Shown: positions 17,214-27,500 of the stretch, in pieces
How the letters are laid out: every line of letters starts with the position of its first letter
How positions within the stretch are numbered: the first letter of the stretch is position 1
Source: Candidatus Nanoarchaeia archaeon
Lineage (GTDB): Archaea; Nanobdellota; Nanobdellia; Woesearchaeales; ARS49
Direction: 5' to 3'
NCBI GenBank assembly: GCA_041489925.1
Contig: JBGPSD010000003.1
Location: 1,993 to 65,992, forward strand
DNA: 64,000 nt
Notes under the pieces: model-generated
Seen by the model: the letters and a program-made list of their open reading frames with translations, nothing else
Database searches by the model: none
Told to the model about the DNA's origin: nothing
Translations under genes and position numbers: made by a program

Positions 17214-18494
17214 TTAGTAATAAGCCTGCGGTTGCTGATCTTGCTGTGGCTGTGCCTCTTCTCCCTCGTCACCCTTCAGGCGGCTGAATCCGATAACCAG
17301 CCCGAGTATAACGAGCAAAACCACGAGCACGATAAGGCCCCACTCGAGGACTGACCTTGCTGCGCCCTTGCCGCCCTTTGCGACATTTGCTGTCAGCTGG
17401 ATGTTCTCAAGTGATTGTCCGTTTGTGCTTATGGCTGCAGTCACAACCTGTGCTCCGACAGGCGCATCGCTTCCTGCTGTGACAAAGACATAGACAGTTT
17501 CTGTCTTGCCTGCGTCAAGCACGAGCGTGCTGGTCGGAGTTATCTTGACTGTTGCCCAATCGCCTGCCTCAACAGCTACGGTGTAGGACTTGCTTGTCCT
17601 TCCGGAGTTTGTGATTGTAAGCGGGAAAACCGCAGTGCCGCCCTGTGCGACGTTTTCAAGCTGGCTTCCAACCGATATGGTTGTCTTCGCCTTTGCTGTA
17701 GGGGCTGCTGAGCCGTCTTCGCAGGTGTCGTCCGCAAGGACTTCCATCTGCTTGACAGAGCGCTCCTTGCTGAATCCGTCGTCGTATGAAACCTCAACCT
17801 CGACGTCATAGACGCCTGGCTTTGCGCACTTTGGTATCCTCAAATAGAGCTCCTCAGTCTCCTTTTCCTCGTCGTTGTTCGGGACTTCATCAATGTAGTC
17901 CGAAGCTGTTACGCCGAGCTGTGGGATGCTTGCTGTTACCTTAACGTCAGTTTCGTCCTTTTCTCCCAGGTTCCTGACACGGATAACTCCGAGCAAGGCG
18001 CTTCCTGCCTTGATCTTTGTGTCCGGGTTGAATGAGATGTCACGGATCATCATTCCGTGGCGCGGGACGTCAATCTTGATGTTATAATTCTGGGTAAGCT
18101 CCTCAGCGTTGCGGTCTGAGAATATCAGGCGCAGCTTGTAGGAGTCTTCCTCAAAGAATGTGTGTATCGGTATGCTGAGTGTCTTGCGGTATGTGACATT
18201 TGCGTCTGCGTCAAAAGTGCCTGTTGCGTCTGAGGCAGGCATAATGTCGCTGTGCTCATCGCCGCTGAAGAACGCCTGGATTTCCATATCGTTGACGTCC
18301 TGTGAAGGCGTGAAAACAACCTTGACTTCTATCTTGTCGCCGCGGAGGACGTCAAAGCGGTTTGATGCATCTGCGTGCACCTCAACGTCGTCAACCTTGA
18401 CCTGCTCAACTGATATCGGCAGTGCAAATACTGTGGTTGCCAGTGCTATTGCGAGCACAAGCATCAATGCGATTTTGAGTGGATTCATCTTCAA
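17214..18494 (-). CDS. Putative S-layer / CARDB-domain surface protein with C-terminal TM anchor
   Basis: Signal peptide, three Ig-like modules (VRNLGEKDETDV, ITNSG..Y), C-terminal TM and acidic tail ending AYY; strong promoter upstream. Confidence 0.75.
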   Translation of the reverse strand: MKMNPLKIALMLVLAIALATTVFALPISVEQVKVDDVEVHADASNRFDVLRGDKIEVKVVFTPSQDVNDMEIQAFFSGDEHSDIMPASDATGTFDADANVTYRKTLSIPIHTFFEEDSYKLRLIFSDRNAEELTQNYNIKIDVPRHGMMIRDISFNPDTKIKAGSALLGVIRVRNLGEKDETDVKVTASIPQLGVTASDYIDEVPNNDEEKETEELYLRIPKCAKPGVYDVEVEVSYDDGFSKERSVKQMEVLADDTCEDGSAAPTAKAKTTISVGSQLENVAQGGTAVFPLTITNSGRTSKSYTVAVEAGDWATVKITPTSTLVLDAGKTETVYVFVTAGSDAPVGAQVVTAAISTNGQSLENIQLTANVAKGGKGAARSVLEWGLIVLVVLLVILGLVIGFSRLKGDEGEEAQPQQDQQPQAYY

Positions 18495-18542
18495 TATACC
18501 CCCATTGTTTTTGTGGTTCCTGGTGATTTGGAAGTTCAGCCC

Positions 18543-18559
18543 GTTTATAAAGGTTTCGC
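18543..18559 (-). promoter_or_regulatory. BRE-TATA promoter of the S-layer-like gene
   Basis: Minus strand GCGAAACCTTTATAAAC. Confidence 0.65.
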
Positions 18560-18595
18560 TTTTTTACCTATTCTGCAGTAGTGAAATACTATCAT

Positions 18596-19393
18596 CTACT
18601 GGTAGTCAATTACCTCGATTTCGCGGTGCACTATGCGCTGTGCGTCCTCGTTGTAGACCTGCAGCCTTACCGAGTATGTGCCCTCATCAATTTCCTCAGG
18701 CAGGTCAAGCAGGACTGTGCTTGTGACTTTCTCGCCGGCTTCAACATCCATCGGGCCGATTGTTGCCCTGACAGAAATGTCCGGTATCATTATGATGACC
18801 TTTGTGTTCTCAAGGTCATGTGTTCCCGTGTTCTGGAAGGTTATGCGCAGCGCTACCTGGTCGCCAGGCAGCTCCTCGTACGGGTTGTGCATGAAAATAT
18901 TGTGTATGAAAATCTTGAGTGACTCGTCGCTTTCAGGCGAAGGTGATGGTGAAGGTGTCGGAGTAGGAACAGGGCAAGTGCCTGTCTGTTCGCATGAAAC
19001 AGGAGGAATTACCGGAGGAGTTACCGGCGGTATCCTTATGTCATCGCCAGGCTGGTTTCCAGGAATGTCACCAAAAGGCCCAAGGTCATCGTCAAATGGG
19101 TCAAATCCGCCTGTGCTTGCTGAGCCGATTGACTGTGAGCCGGTTGCTGTGGCAGTGGTTCCGCTTGAGCCGCCATAGCCTGCGCCAGTAAAGCCGCTTA
19201 AGCCGGCGTCGGAGAACCCCTCGAATCCTGCATCAGAAAATCCACCAAATCCTCCATCTGAAAAGCCGCCGAAGCCGCCGTCAGAAGATCCGCCGAATCC
19301 TGCGTCGCTCGCCATTGCAAGGAAAGGAACGGCAATTATGACAAGCGCGACAATCGCGCTGAACATTGCCAGATTCCATTGCTTTGCTTTCAT
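18596..19393 (-). CDS. Secreted protein with Gly/Phe octapeptide repeats, Pro linker and CARDB domain
   Basis: Signal peptide; (SD[AG]GFGG[SF]) x6; PTPTPSPSP; FQNTGTHDLEN..GTYSVR. Confidence 0.75.
   Translation of the reverse strand: MKAKQWNLAMFSAIVALVIIAVPFLAMASDAGFGGSSDGGFGGFSDGGFGGFSDAGFEGFSDAGLSGFTGAGYGGSSGTTATATGSQSIGSASTGGFDPFDDDLGPFGDIPGNQPGDDIRIPPVTPPVIPPVSCEQTGTCPVPTPTPSPSPSPESDESLKIFIHNIFMHNPYEELPGDQVALRITFQNTGTHDLENTKVIIMIPDISVRATIGPMDVEAGEKVTSTVLLDLPEEIDEGTYSVRLQVYNEDAQRIVHREIEVIDYQ
19166..19309 (-). repeat. 24-nt coding tandem repeat, about 6 degenerate copies
   Basis: SDAGFGGS SDGGFGGF SDGGFGGF SDAGFEGF SDAGLSGF TGAGYGGS. Confidence 0.8.
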
Positions 19394-19428
19394 GGCGTAC
19401 GCTCTATAATCCTGATAAAAATGAAAAA

Positions 19429-20217
19429 TTATTTCTTCTCAGCTGGCTTTGGCAAATTATATCCCTTGCAGGTTTCACCAATCAGCCATGCCTCGTCAAC
19501 CTTGCCCCTTTCATACATGCGTGACTCTTTGTCGCGCTCGGCAGTGACAAGCTCAGTGAGGCGTTCTTTGGTAAACCAGCAGTTTGCCTTGTCAACAAGC
19601 TTCCCAACTTTCTCGTCGAAAACAACCTTCTCCCCGCCTTTCGAGCATAGAGGCAACCGTACTGCATATTTAGTCAGGTTGACTATGCGTCCGCCGCCTG
19701 CGTTAACAGGACCCTGTGTGACAATCCCGCCTTCGAATTTCTCTACAGGAACGACTTTTGACATAATCTTGTACGCATCTTCGCCGTAAATCTCAACAAG
19801 CTGTTCGCCTGTGACAGGTCCGATAAGCTCTGTTCCGGAAATTCCCCAGTTTGCAGGCTGGTTGCCGAACTTTGCAGTGTCACAGCCTGTGAATCCGAGG
19901 TAGAACTTCATGTTGTTACAGTTGCTGTTCTGTGCTCCATTGAGCATTTTGACAAGATGGTTATAGTGCTCGTGTGCAGCAACATCCGCCTTTGCCGGCT
20001 TTGTGTTTGAAACTATAGTGTAAAGCCTTGAGAGCTCAGCAGCTTCTGAAGCATCGCGCTTTCCGTCTTTGTCAATCTCGAGAACCCTGTTCTCAATCTG
20101 GCTGATGTATTCGCAGGCCATTGCCTGTGGCGCCTTGGCTTGCTCTGGCTTTGTCTCCTGGCCTGCACAGCCAGCAAGTGCAACTGCAATCATTCCCAAT
20201 GTTGTTCTTATGCTCAT
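19429..20217 (-). CDS. Hypothetical lipoprotein
   Basis: Lipobox ALAGC; several Cys; GGGGGTAA ribosome site. Confidence 0.75.
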   Translation of the reverse strand: MSIRTTLGMIAVALAGCAGQETKPEQAKAPQAMACEYISQIENRVLEIDKDGKRDASEAAELSRLYTIVSNTKPAKADVAAHEHYNHLVKMLNGAQNSNCNNMKFYLGFTGCDTAKFGNQPANWGISGTELIGPVTGEQLVEIYGEDAYKIMSKVVPVEKFEGGIVTQGPVNAGGGRIVNLTKYAVRLPLCSKGGEKVVFDEKVGKLVDKANCWFTKERLTELVTAERDKESRMYERGKVDEAWLIGETCKGYNLPKPAEKK

Positions 20218-20304
20218 CTTCTGTTACCCCCTACATATTGTTCAAAAACATCACTATGACACTACTATTGAGTAGGTATTTTTAAAGCTTCGGGTTTTAG
20301 GGGT

Positions 20305-21396
20305 TTATTCATCACGGTACACTGCAACCCCCCTTCGCTCAAGGTCTGCCAAAGTCTTTTTTGTTATCGTATCTTTGTAATCAATCGGATTACGGAGTAT
20401 AGAAATTTCCTTGAGCGCCTTTAAGTTGTCAAAACCCTCAAGCCTTTTTATTTTATTATCGTCAAGATCCAGCTTTTTCAGCTGCGCAAGATTGCTCAGC
20501 CCTTCAATCTTAACAATCTGGTTTTTGCTTAAATCAAGATATTTTAACTGCGTCAGATTATCAAGACCCTCAATTTTAACAATCGCATTCTCATTCAAGT
20601 AAAGGTATCCCAATTTTGATAGTTTATCAAGACCGCTGATTCTGCCAATCTGATTTTCTCTTAAATTAAGTTCGGCTAATTGTGTAAGGTTGTCAACGCC
20701 ATCTATGCTGGTAAGCGAGTGACCTGCAATGTCAAGCTTTTGCAAATAAGCCAGGTCTAAAATCTCCCAGGGCATTTTTTTAAGTTCATAAACAGAAGAA
20801 GGCGTGGATAATTCTAATGAACCCACATGATTATCACGGATATTGATATTAACAGAGAGATTTCTGGAGTTCTTAATATGCTCATACGCCTTGTATTCGT
20901 TCCTGAAGAGTGTCTCGCTACTATCGTTGATATTTGCTGAAACCAAATCATCTGGTGAAGGCAGTTTTTTATATTCTGAATTTTCCTTTTCCAGCTTTGA
21001 AGTCAAATCTTTATTTTCTGTTTGCAGCAAATTCACTGTTGCTTTAAGCTCGTTTTTCTCTTTTTCAACCAGGCTTTTATCGTCGGAAATCTTTTGCGCA
21101 AGTGTCTTGTAGGTTGACAGCTGCTGCTCATACTTGACTTTTTCACCAGAAAGTTTTTGCATAGCTGATTCTTGCTTTGTATTATAAAAGTACAATAAGC
21201 CAGCCAATCCAAATACTTCACTAACTGCTAAACATGCGAGTGCACCCAACATCGTCCTCTCCTTTCTAACGCGCTTTAGCTTTCCCCTTAGCTTATCGCA
21301 TTTTGAGCATGAATTACCGTCAGAATTCTCCTCTTGGTTAGCGCCTTTTAGCTTGTCACAGATGCCTATTAGCTCCAGCAAGCTTTGGACTTTCAT
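20305..21396 (-). CDS. Membrane-anchored coiled-coil + SDS22-like leucine-rich repeat protein
   Basis: TM segment, coiled coil, about five 22-aa repeats L..L..L.L..N.I..I.GL; AT-rich. Confidence 0.85.
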   Translation of the reverse strand: MKVQSLLELIGICDKLKGANQEENSDGNSCSKCDKLRGKLKRVRKERTMLGALACLAVSEVFGLAGLLYFYNTKQESAMQKLSGEKVKYEQQLSTYKTLAQKISDDKSLVEKEKNELKATVNLLQTENKDLTSKLEKENSEYKKLPSPDDLVSANINDSSETLFRNEYKAYEHIKNSRNLSVNINIRDNHVGSLELSTPSSVYELKKMPWEILDLAYLQKLDIAGHSLTSIDGVDNLTQLAELNLRENQIGRISGLDKLSKLGYLYLNENAIVKIEGLDNLTQLKYLDLSKNQIVKIEGLSNLAQLKKLDLDDNKIKRLEGFDNLKALKEISILRNPIDYKDTITKKTLADLERRGVAVYRDE

Positions 21397-21428
21397 ATTC
21401 GTTTAACTGAAAAAATGTAAAAATAAAA

Positions 21429-23321
21429 TTATTTCGCCTTTTTGCCCCAGTACAATGTAACTCCAGGCATTACGCGCCACTCATTGTCCCCTTCCTGAGC
21501 CCAAAGGTAGCCGCCTGTAACTGTTGCGTCAAGCGTAACATTGTCTCCGCTTGCGAGGCGCCAGCCGAATCCGACCTGAGGGCCATAGCGCACGTCATCG
21601 CTCTTGCTTCCCTTGACTTCGCTGTCAAGCGCCTGGTAAACTCCGAGCAGTTCGACAAATGCAGGGTTTCCGCTTATGCTTGTGTGCCACCTGACACCGC
21701 CTTCTGCTGTTATCTTATCCTGCGACATTGAGTCTCCATACTTTTCGTTCATTCCTGAAACGCCGGCTTCTGCTGAAACTTCAGGGCTGAGCATGAGCCT
21801 TCCTTTTGCGCTTGCGCGCCAAGCATCGTAATCGCCGTGGAAGTCTCCTGTTGCGTCTCCCCAGTTCTTTGTCCCTTGTAAGAGCACAAAGTTCTGCTTG
21901 TTTCCTACTCCGAAGTTTTCAGGGTCGTCAAGCTTTCCGTTTGTGAGGCCAAGCTTTCCATTGACAAATGCTCCCTTGTTTCCAAATTCAAGCTTTGAGC
22001 CGCTGTCAAAGTCAACAGTGTAGCTGCGGTCCTCATATCCGCCGTTTCCCTCGACAAATGCAAGAGTTTGCCCTGAAAGCGGCAAATACATGTGTGCTCC
22101 GCCCCAGAACCTTGCTCCTGTTCCGTCAACATTATAGTCTTTGTAGTGCTCGCTGTCAACAAACCCATTGCCGTAAAGGTTCAATCCCCAGTTTCCTGAG
22201 TCAAGTATTGCCTTTGCAGTCGCGCTGTCACCGACAACGTGCGGGTCAGCATATGCCTCGTCGTGCAAAATTGCCTTAAGTGTCAAGTTAACATTTCCGT
22301 CGCCAGAAGTTGCTGGCTGTGTAACAACCGGCTGCGGGCTGTATGGCACAGAAGAGTTCTGGAATGCAATATATTGAGACACCGGAACATATTCTGCTGG
22401 CTTTTCAACAGCCGGCGTTGGAGCTGGCTTTGGTGCAGGAGTTACTGGAGCAACTGCTGGAACCTTTGGAGCTTCAACGGGCGCTGCTTCAGTTGTGCTT
22501 GGCAAAGGAGTAGACATTCCCCTTGCCCTTGCTGTCCTGTACTCTTCACATCCGCTGTCTTCAGGCATTACTGAATCTGATTGGCTTGTTCCTGTGAACG
22601 GCCCTTTTGCAAGGATTACGTCATCCAAGCAGTGCTGGCAGTCATATTCATAACCTGTAGAAGTGTCAATAAACTTTGGAACATCAACAGTTGTTGCAGC
22701 AGGCGCTGGGCCTGTGGCTGGCTTTTCAGCGAAAGGATTCACTTCAGGAACTTTTGTTGGCTGCTGCGGTTTGTCAGCCGGTGATTTTGCAGATTCAGTC
22801 ACTGCTGTTTTAGGCTTGTAATAATTGTAGACTGCTACGCCCGCACCCAGTGCCAAAGCAGTAATAGCCGCAATGTATACCTTGCGAACGCTTCCAGCTG
22901 CCCTGCTTGGAACTGTGTGGAAATAGTCTCCTATCCTGCTGAGCAATCCTTTCTTTTCAGAAGGATTTGTGTCAACAATTTCTGCCGGCTGTGCTTCAAC
23001 TACAGATTCAAGGTTTTCAGGATTTGCAAGGCTGTCTGCGAGTGTTGTGTAGAGATTTTTTGCACGGCTCTTGAGGCTTTCATAGTCAACCTTTGCGCGC
23101 TTTTCCTTGGACATCTTGATGACATTGTCGTAAAGCTTTACCGCAGCAACAAGGTCGTCGTACTTTGCGTTGCTTCCGTTTGCGCGGTGCTCGAGAATTT
23201 GGAGTTTGTTTTCAGTGTTGTAGCTGAGTATTCCCAAATCTTTGATTTCAAGATTGCTATCTGCTGCCTGTTTTATCTCGTCTTTAGAAAAGTTATTTCG
23301 TTGAAAGCGGTAGTTTTCCAT
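21429..23321 (-). CDS. Membrane-tethered protein with Pro-rich linker and C-terminal beta-barrel-like domain
   Basis: N-terminal soluble region, TM VYIAAITALALGAGVAVY, P/A/T-rich linker, then about 290 aa of alternating Gly/aromatic beta-strands ending WRVMPGVTLYW. Confidence 0.7.
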   Translation of the reverse strand: MENYRFQRNNFSKDEIKQAADSNLEIKDLGILSYNTENKLQILEHRANGSNAKYDDLVAAVKLYDNVIKMSKEKRAKVDYESLKSRAKNLYTTLADSLANPENLESVVEAQPAEIVDTNPSEKKGLLSRIGDYFHTVPSRAAGSVRKVYIAAITALALGAGVAVYNYYKPKTAVTESAKSPADKPQQPTKVPEVNPFAEKPATGPAPAATTVDVPKFIDTSTGYEYDCQHCLDDVILAKGPFTGTSQSDSVMPEDSGCEEYRTARARGMSTPLPSTTEAAPVEAPKVPAVAPVTPAPKPAPTPAVEKPAEYVPVSQYIAFQNSSVPYSPQPVVTQPATSGDGNVNLTLKAILHDEAYADPHVVGDSATAKAILDSGNWGLNLYGNGFVDSEHYKDYNVDGTGARFWGGAHMYLPLSGQTLAFVEGNGGYEDRSYTVDFDSGSKLEFGNKGAFVNGKLGLTNGKLDDPENFGVGNKQNFVLLQGTKNWGDATGDFHGDYDAWRASAKGRLMLSPEVSAEAGVSGMNEKYGDSMSQDKITAEGGVRWHTSISGNPAFVELLGVYQALDSEVKGSKSDDVRYGPQVGFGWRLASGDNVTLDATVTGGYLWAQEGDNEWRVMPGVTLYWGKKAK

Positions 23322-23452
23322 GTCAGGTTACCCCTATTATTAGTTGGCAGGGAATATCGCCGGCTGTTTATAAATCTTCGTATTTATCACTACTTTACAG
23401 GAGTAAAGCATTTGTTCGCAATCTTTTTAACACAGCGCCAGCTCGCAAACCC

Positions 23453-24538
23453 ATGCGCATCGCTATCGTCGGGGCAGGGCCGTCTGGCAGTTATGCAGGC
23501 TTCCTCCTTTCAAAGGCAGGACACAATGTCACAATCTATGAAGACCACGAAAAAATAGGCGAGCCAATAGCGTGCACAGGGATTGTGACAAAAGCGCTTT
23601 TCGACCTTGTTGAATACAGCAAAGACTACATTATCAACGAGCTTGACGGCGTTGACATAATCGGGCCAAAAGGCGAAAAACTGCGCATTCCGCTGAAAGA
23701 ATACGTGCTTTGCAGGAAAAAGTTTGACAATTATCTTGCAAACAAAGCAAAAAATGCAGGCGCAAAAATACTGCTCAGCCACAGGTACACCGGAAGGGAA
23801 GGCAACACCCTAATTTTCAGGCATAACGGACAAATAGTCAAAAAAGAAACAGATATCCTCATCGGCGCAGACGGTCCTTTAAGCAAAGTCGCTGAAACTT
23901 CAGGGCTTGGAAAAAACAAAAACTTTTACGTTGGCCAGCAGGCGACAATCAAGGCAAAATATGACCCGAAAATATTCACAGTCTGGTTCGGCAGCATTGC
24001 CCCTGGATTTTTCGCGTGGAGCGTGCCTGAAAATTCAGAGTACTCGCGCATTGGCGTGGCGACAACAAAAGACAAGAACTGCGCACAATGCTTCCAGCGC
24101 CTGATGAAAATGTCAAAAGGAAAAATCACAGCAAGGCAGGCAGCACCAATCCCGTTGTACAACCATAAAAGAAAAGTGCAGAATGGCAGCACTTTCCTTG
24201 TCGGCGACGCAGCAGGCTTTGTCAAGGACACGACAGGCGGCGGAATCATCACAGGAATGCTCTCAAGCAAAGCCCTTGCTGAAAGCATAATCAGCAAAAC
24301 AAGCTACGAAAAGAACCTCAAGAAGCTGAGAAAAGAGCTCTGGCTCCACAGCAAGCTCAGGAGGATGCTTAACAAATTCTCAGACAATGATTACAGAAGG
24401 CTTATCAGGCTGATGTCAAACCAGAAAGTCAGGCGTATATTATATAGCCACCCGCGCGAATACCCATCCAGATTCCTCCTCAAGCTCCTGCTCGCAGAGC
24501 CGCGTTTAATTTATTTTGCGAAGCACGCATTTGCATAA
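23453..24538 (+). CDS. Geranylgeranyl reductase family flavoprotein
   Basis: IVGAGPSG, PIACTG, GADG, FFAWSVP, VGDAAG.VK.TTGGGI. Confidence 0.88.
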   Translation: MRIAIVGAGPSGSYAGFLLSKAGHNVTIYEDHEKIGEPIACTGIVTKALFDLVEYSKDYIINELDGVDIIGPKGEKLRIPLKEYVLCRKKFDNYLANKAKNAGAKILLSHRYTGREGNTLIFRHNGQIVKKETDILIGADGPLSKVAETSGLGKNKNFYVGQQATIKAKYDPKIFTVWFGSIAPGFFAWSVPENSEYSRIGVATTKDKNCAQCFQRLMKMSKGKITARQAAPIPLYNHKRKVQNGSTFLVGDAAGFVKDTTGGGIITGMLSSKALAESIISKTSYEKNLKKLRKELWLHSKLRRMLNKFSDNDYRRLIRLMSNQKVRRILYSHPREYPSRFLLKLLLAEPRLIYFAKHAFA

Positions 24539-24592
24539 TCCCGCGAAAGCTTTTTAAGCAAACCACATAAACAGCGGGCACAGGGGGATTGC

Positions 24593-27500
24593 ATGCCTGA
24601 AGACGACGAACTTTCAGTTGATTTTGGAAAAGTTGGCGATTGGTTCAAGAGAAAAAAGAAGCCCGAAGCAGAGCCAAAGCCAGAACACCAGCCTTCATTG
24701 CTCGCTGACAAGCACGCAGCAGCGCCGCACGAGCACCCGCCTGCAAGCGTTGAGAAAAAGGATGATGAGCTCAGCATTGATTTCTCAAAAATAAAATCCT
24801 GGTTTGCAAAAAAGGAGCATGAACCACAGGCTCATCAGCAAAAGAAGGAAGACGATGATATCTCGATTGACTTCTCAAAAATAAAGTCCTGGTTCACAAA
24901 AAAGGAGCATGCCGGCAAAGATGATGACAAAGAGGACCTTGGATTTGATTTCAGCAAGCCGTGGGCATGGATAAAAGCCCACCCCATCCTGATAATACTC
25001 GCAGTTCTCCTGATAATGCAGTTCGTTCCAAACAGGATTGATATTGGCGGCAAGGACTGGTACATGCCGTGGGGCGGGGTAAGCATGCGCCTAAGGAGCG
25101 AAAGCCTGCCAATGACAGACGGCTGGGCATCGAACCACGTCACAACCCTGCTCAAGAACCAGCTGGTTGACGCGATTAACAAGCAGTACCCAAACCTTCC
25201 TGACGAAAGAAAGCAAAAGCTGGTGAATGATGAATGGGACAAGGTATACAAGGAGCAGAAAGCCCAGATTGACCAGCAAATAGCTTCTGTCAACCAGCAG
25301 ATAAAGGAGTTCTGGATGTATGAAGCAGACGGCGTGAAATACACTTACATGCCTGACATTGACCCTTACACATACCTCAGGTATACCAGAAACCTGCTTG
25401 AGAAGGGCACGTATGCTGACGAAGTGAGGGACGGCAAATTAATCGACAACCATATGGTCGCGCCCTTGGGTGGCGGGATAAGCCGCGAGCTGCAACCATA
25501 CACTCTTCTGTGGCAGTACAAGATAATGCACATTTTCAGCCCGAAGATTGACCTTATGCAGGCAGCCTGTTATTTCCCAATAATATTCATCCTGCTCGCG
25601 CTGATTCCTGCGTTCTTCATCGGCAGGCGCTTTGCAGGAATTTCCGGAGGAATCATCACCGCAACAATGGTAGCAATACTGCCGTCAATTATTGTGAGAA
25701 CAGGCTGGGGCCACGCAGACACAGATGCTTACAACATTTTCTTCCCGCTCCTGTTGACCTGGCTTTACACGCTGATGATTGACGCAGAAGACCTCAAAAA
25801 GATTGTTGGATTGGGCGCATTGTCAGGGCTTGTTACGGGAATTTACTCTTTTGCCTGGCCTGGTGGCTGGTGGTATGTCTTTGATTTCATACTTGCTGCA
25901 TTCGGCATACTGGTCATAAGCGAAATTGCAAGGAACATCAAGCACAGGCAGAAGCTGATTGAAATAATAAAGAAGCGCGCAATCCTGTTAGTCACGTATA
26001 TAGCAGTTTCAGGAATATTTGTCAGCCTGTTTAGAAGCACCTCTGAGTTTTTCAATGCCCCGCTGGCGCCATTGGGATTTACAATCATCAAGGCAGCTGC
26101 GCACGTGAGCCTCTGGCCAAATGTTTACACCACTGTCGCAGAGCTCAACCCCACAGACCTTAACGGAGTCATCGGCTCTATGGGGGGATGGCTGTTCTTC
26201 TGGATTGCGGTTGCGGGAATGGCAATGCTCCTGATAAAGCGCTCAAACAATGAGTGGAAGTTTGATCTCAAGTATGCGCCCTTGTTTGTGCTCTGGTTCA
26301 TCGCAACGATTTACGCAAGCCTTAAGGGAGTCCGTTTCACATTGCTTATGGCTCCTGCATTCACAGTCGTGTTCGGAATTGCCCTTGGCAGGATTTACAA
26401 CTGGCTGGTCCGAATCAGCATAAAAGATTTGCATTTGAATGCAATAGTGGCTCATGCAGTGATGATTGTTATTGTGGTTCTGATGCTGTCAGGGCAGGCA
26501 AAAAGTGCCTATGACTCCTCAGGAAGCGACATTCCAATAATGAATGACGCCTGGTGGAGCACGCTCACCGCGATAAAGGCAGACTCAAAGCCTGACGCAA
26601 TAATCAACTCGTGGTGGGACTTTGGCCACCACTTCAAGTATGTCGCAGACCGCGCTGTCACGTTTGACGGCGCATCGCAGAACACCCCGCAGGCGCACTG
26701 GATTGGGAGAACGCTGGCAACTGACAATGAGACAGAGGCAGTCGGCATATTAAGGATGCTTGACTGCGGCTCCAATTCTGCATTCGATGTGATTAATGCC
26801 CAGTTCAATGACCCTGTAAAATCAGTCAATCTTCTCCGCAAGATTATCGTGGTTGACCGCAAGGCAGCGCTTGCAATACTCGCAAAGGACGGGGTTAATG
26901 AGCAGGAACAGGTATTGAAATTCACCCACTGCGACCCGCCCGAAGACTACTTCATAGCATCAGGCGACATGATTGGAAAGTCAGGCGTCTGGAGCCACTT
27001 TGGCTTCTGGAACTTTGAAAAAGCAAAGCTGTGGACGATCCTGAAGAACCAGCCGCAGGAAACAGCAGTGCAGTCAATGATGAGCGAGTGGAACTACACC
27101 AGCGAACAGGCAGAGCAGGCTTACTTTGACGTTCAGGCATTGGCCAATGAAAACGACGCAAACGCGTGGATTTCACCCTGGCTGGGCATACTTGGCGAGG
27201 CAGTTGACTGCGCAGCCCAGGACGACCTGATTGGCTGCGGAAACGGTTTCATAATCAACACCTCCAACAATGACGCGCGCATCAATACCGGCCAGGGGGT
27301 TGGCAAGCCAAGGGTTGTCATCCAGCCGACAGCAGACGGCGGATTCTCTGAAATCAAGTTTAACGACTCAAATACCGCGGTTGGAGTGCTTCTCTATCCG
27401 ACAGGACCAGGCGCTTACAAGGCGGTGTTAGGCTCTCCTGAGCTTTTGACAAGCATATTTGCCCGCCTTTACTTCCTTGAAGGCCACGGCTTGCAGCACT

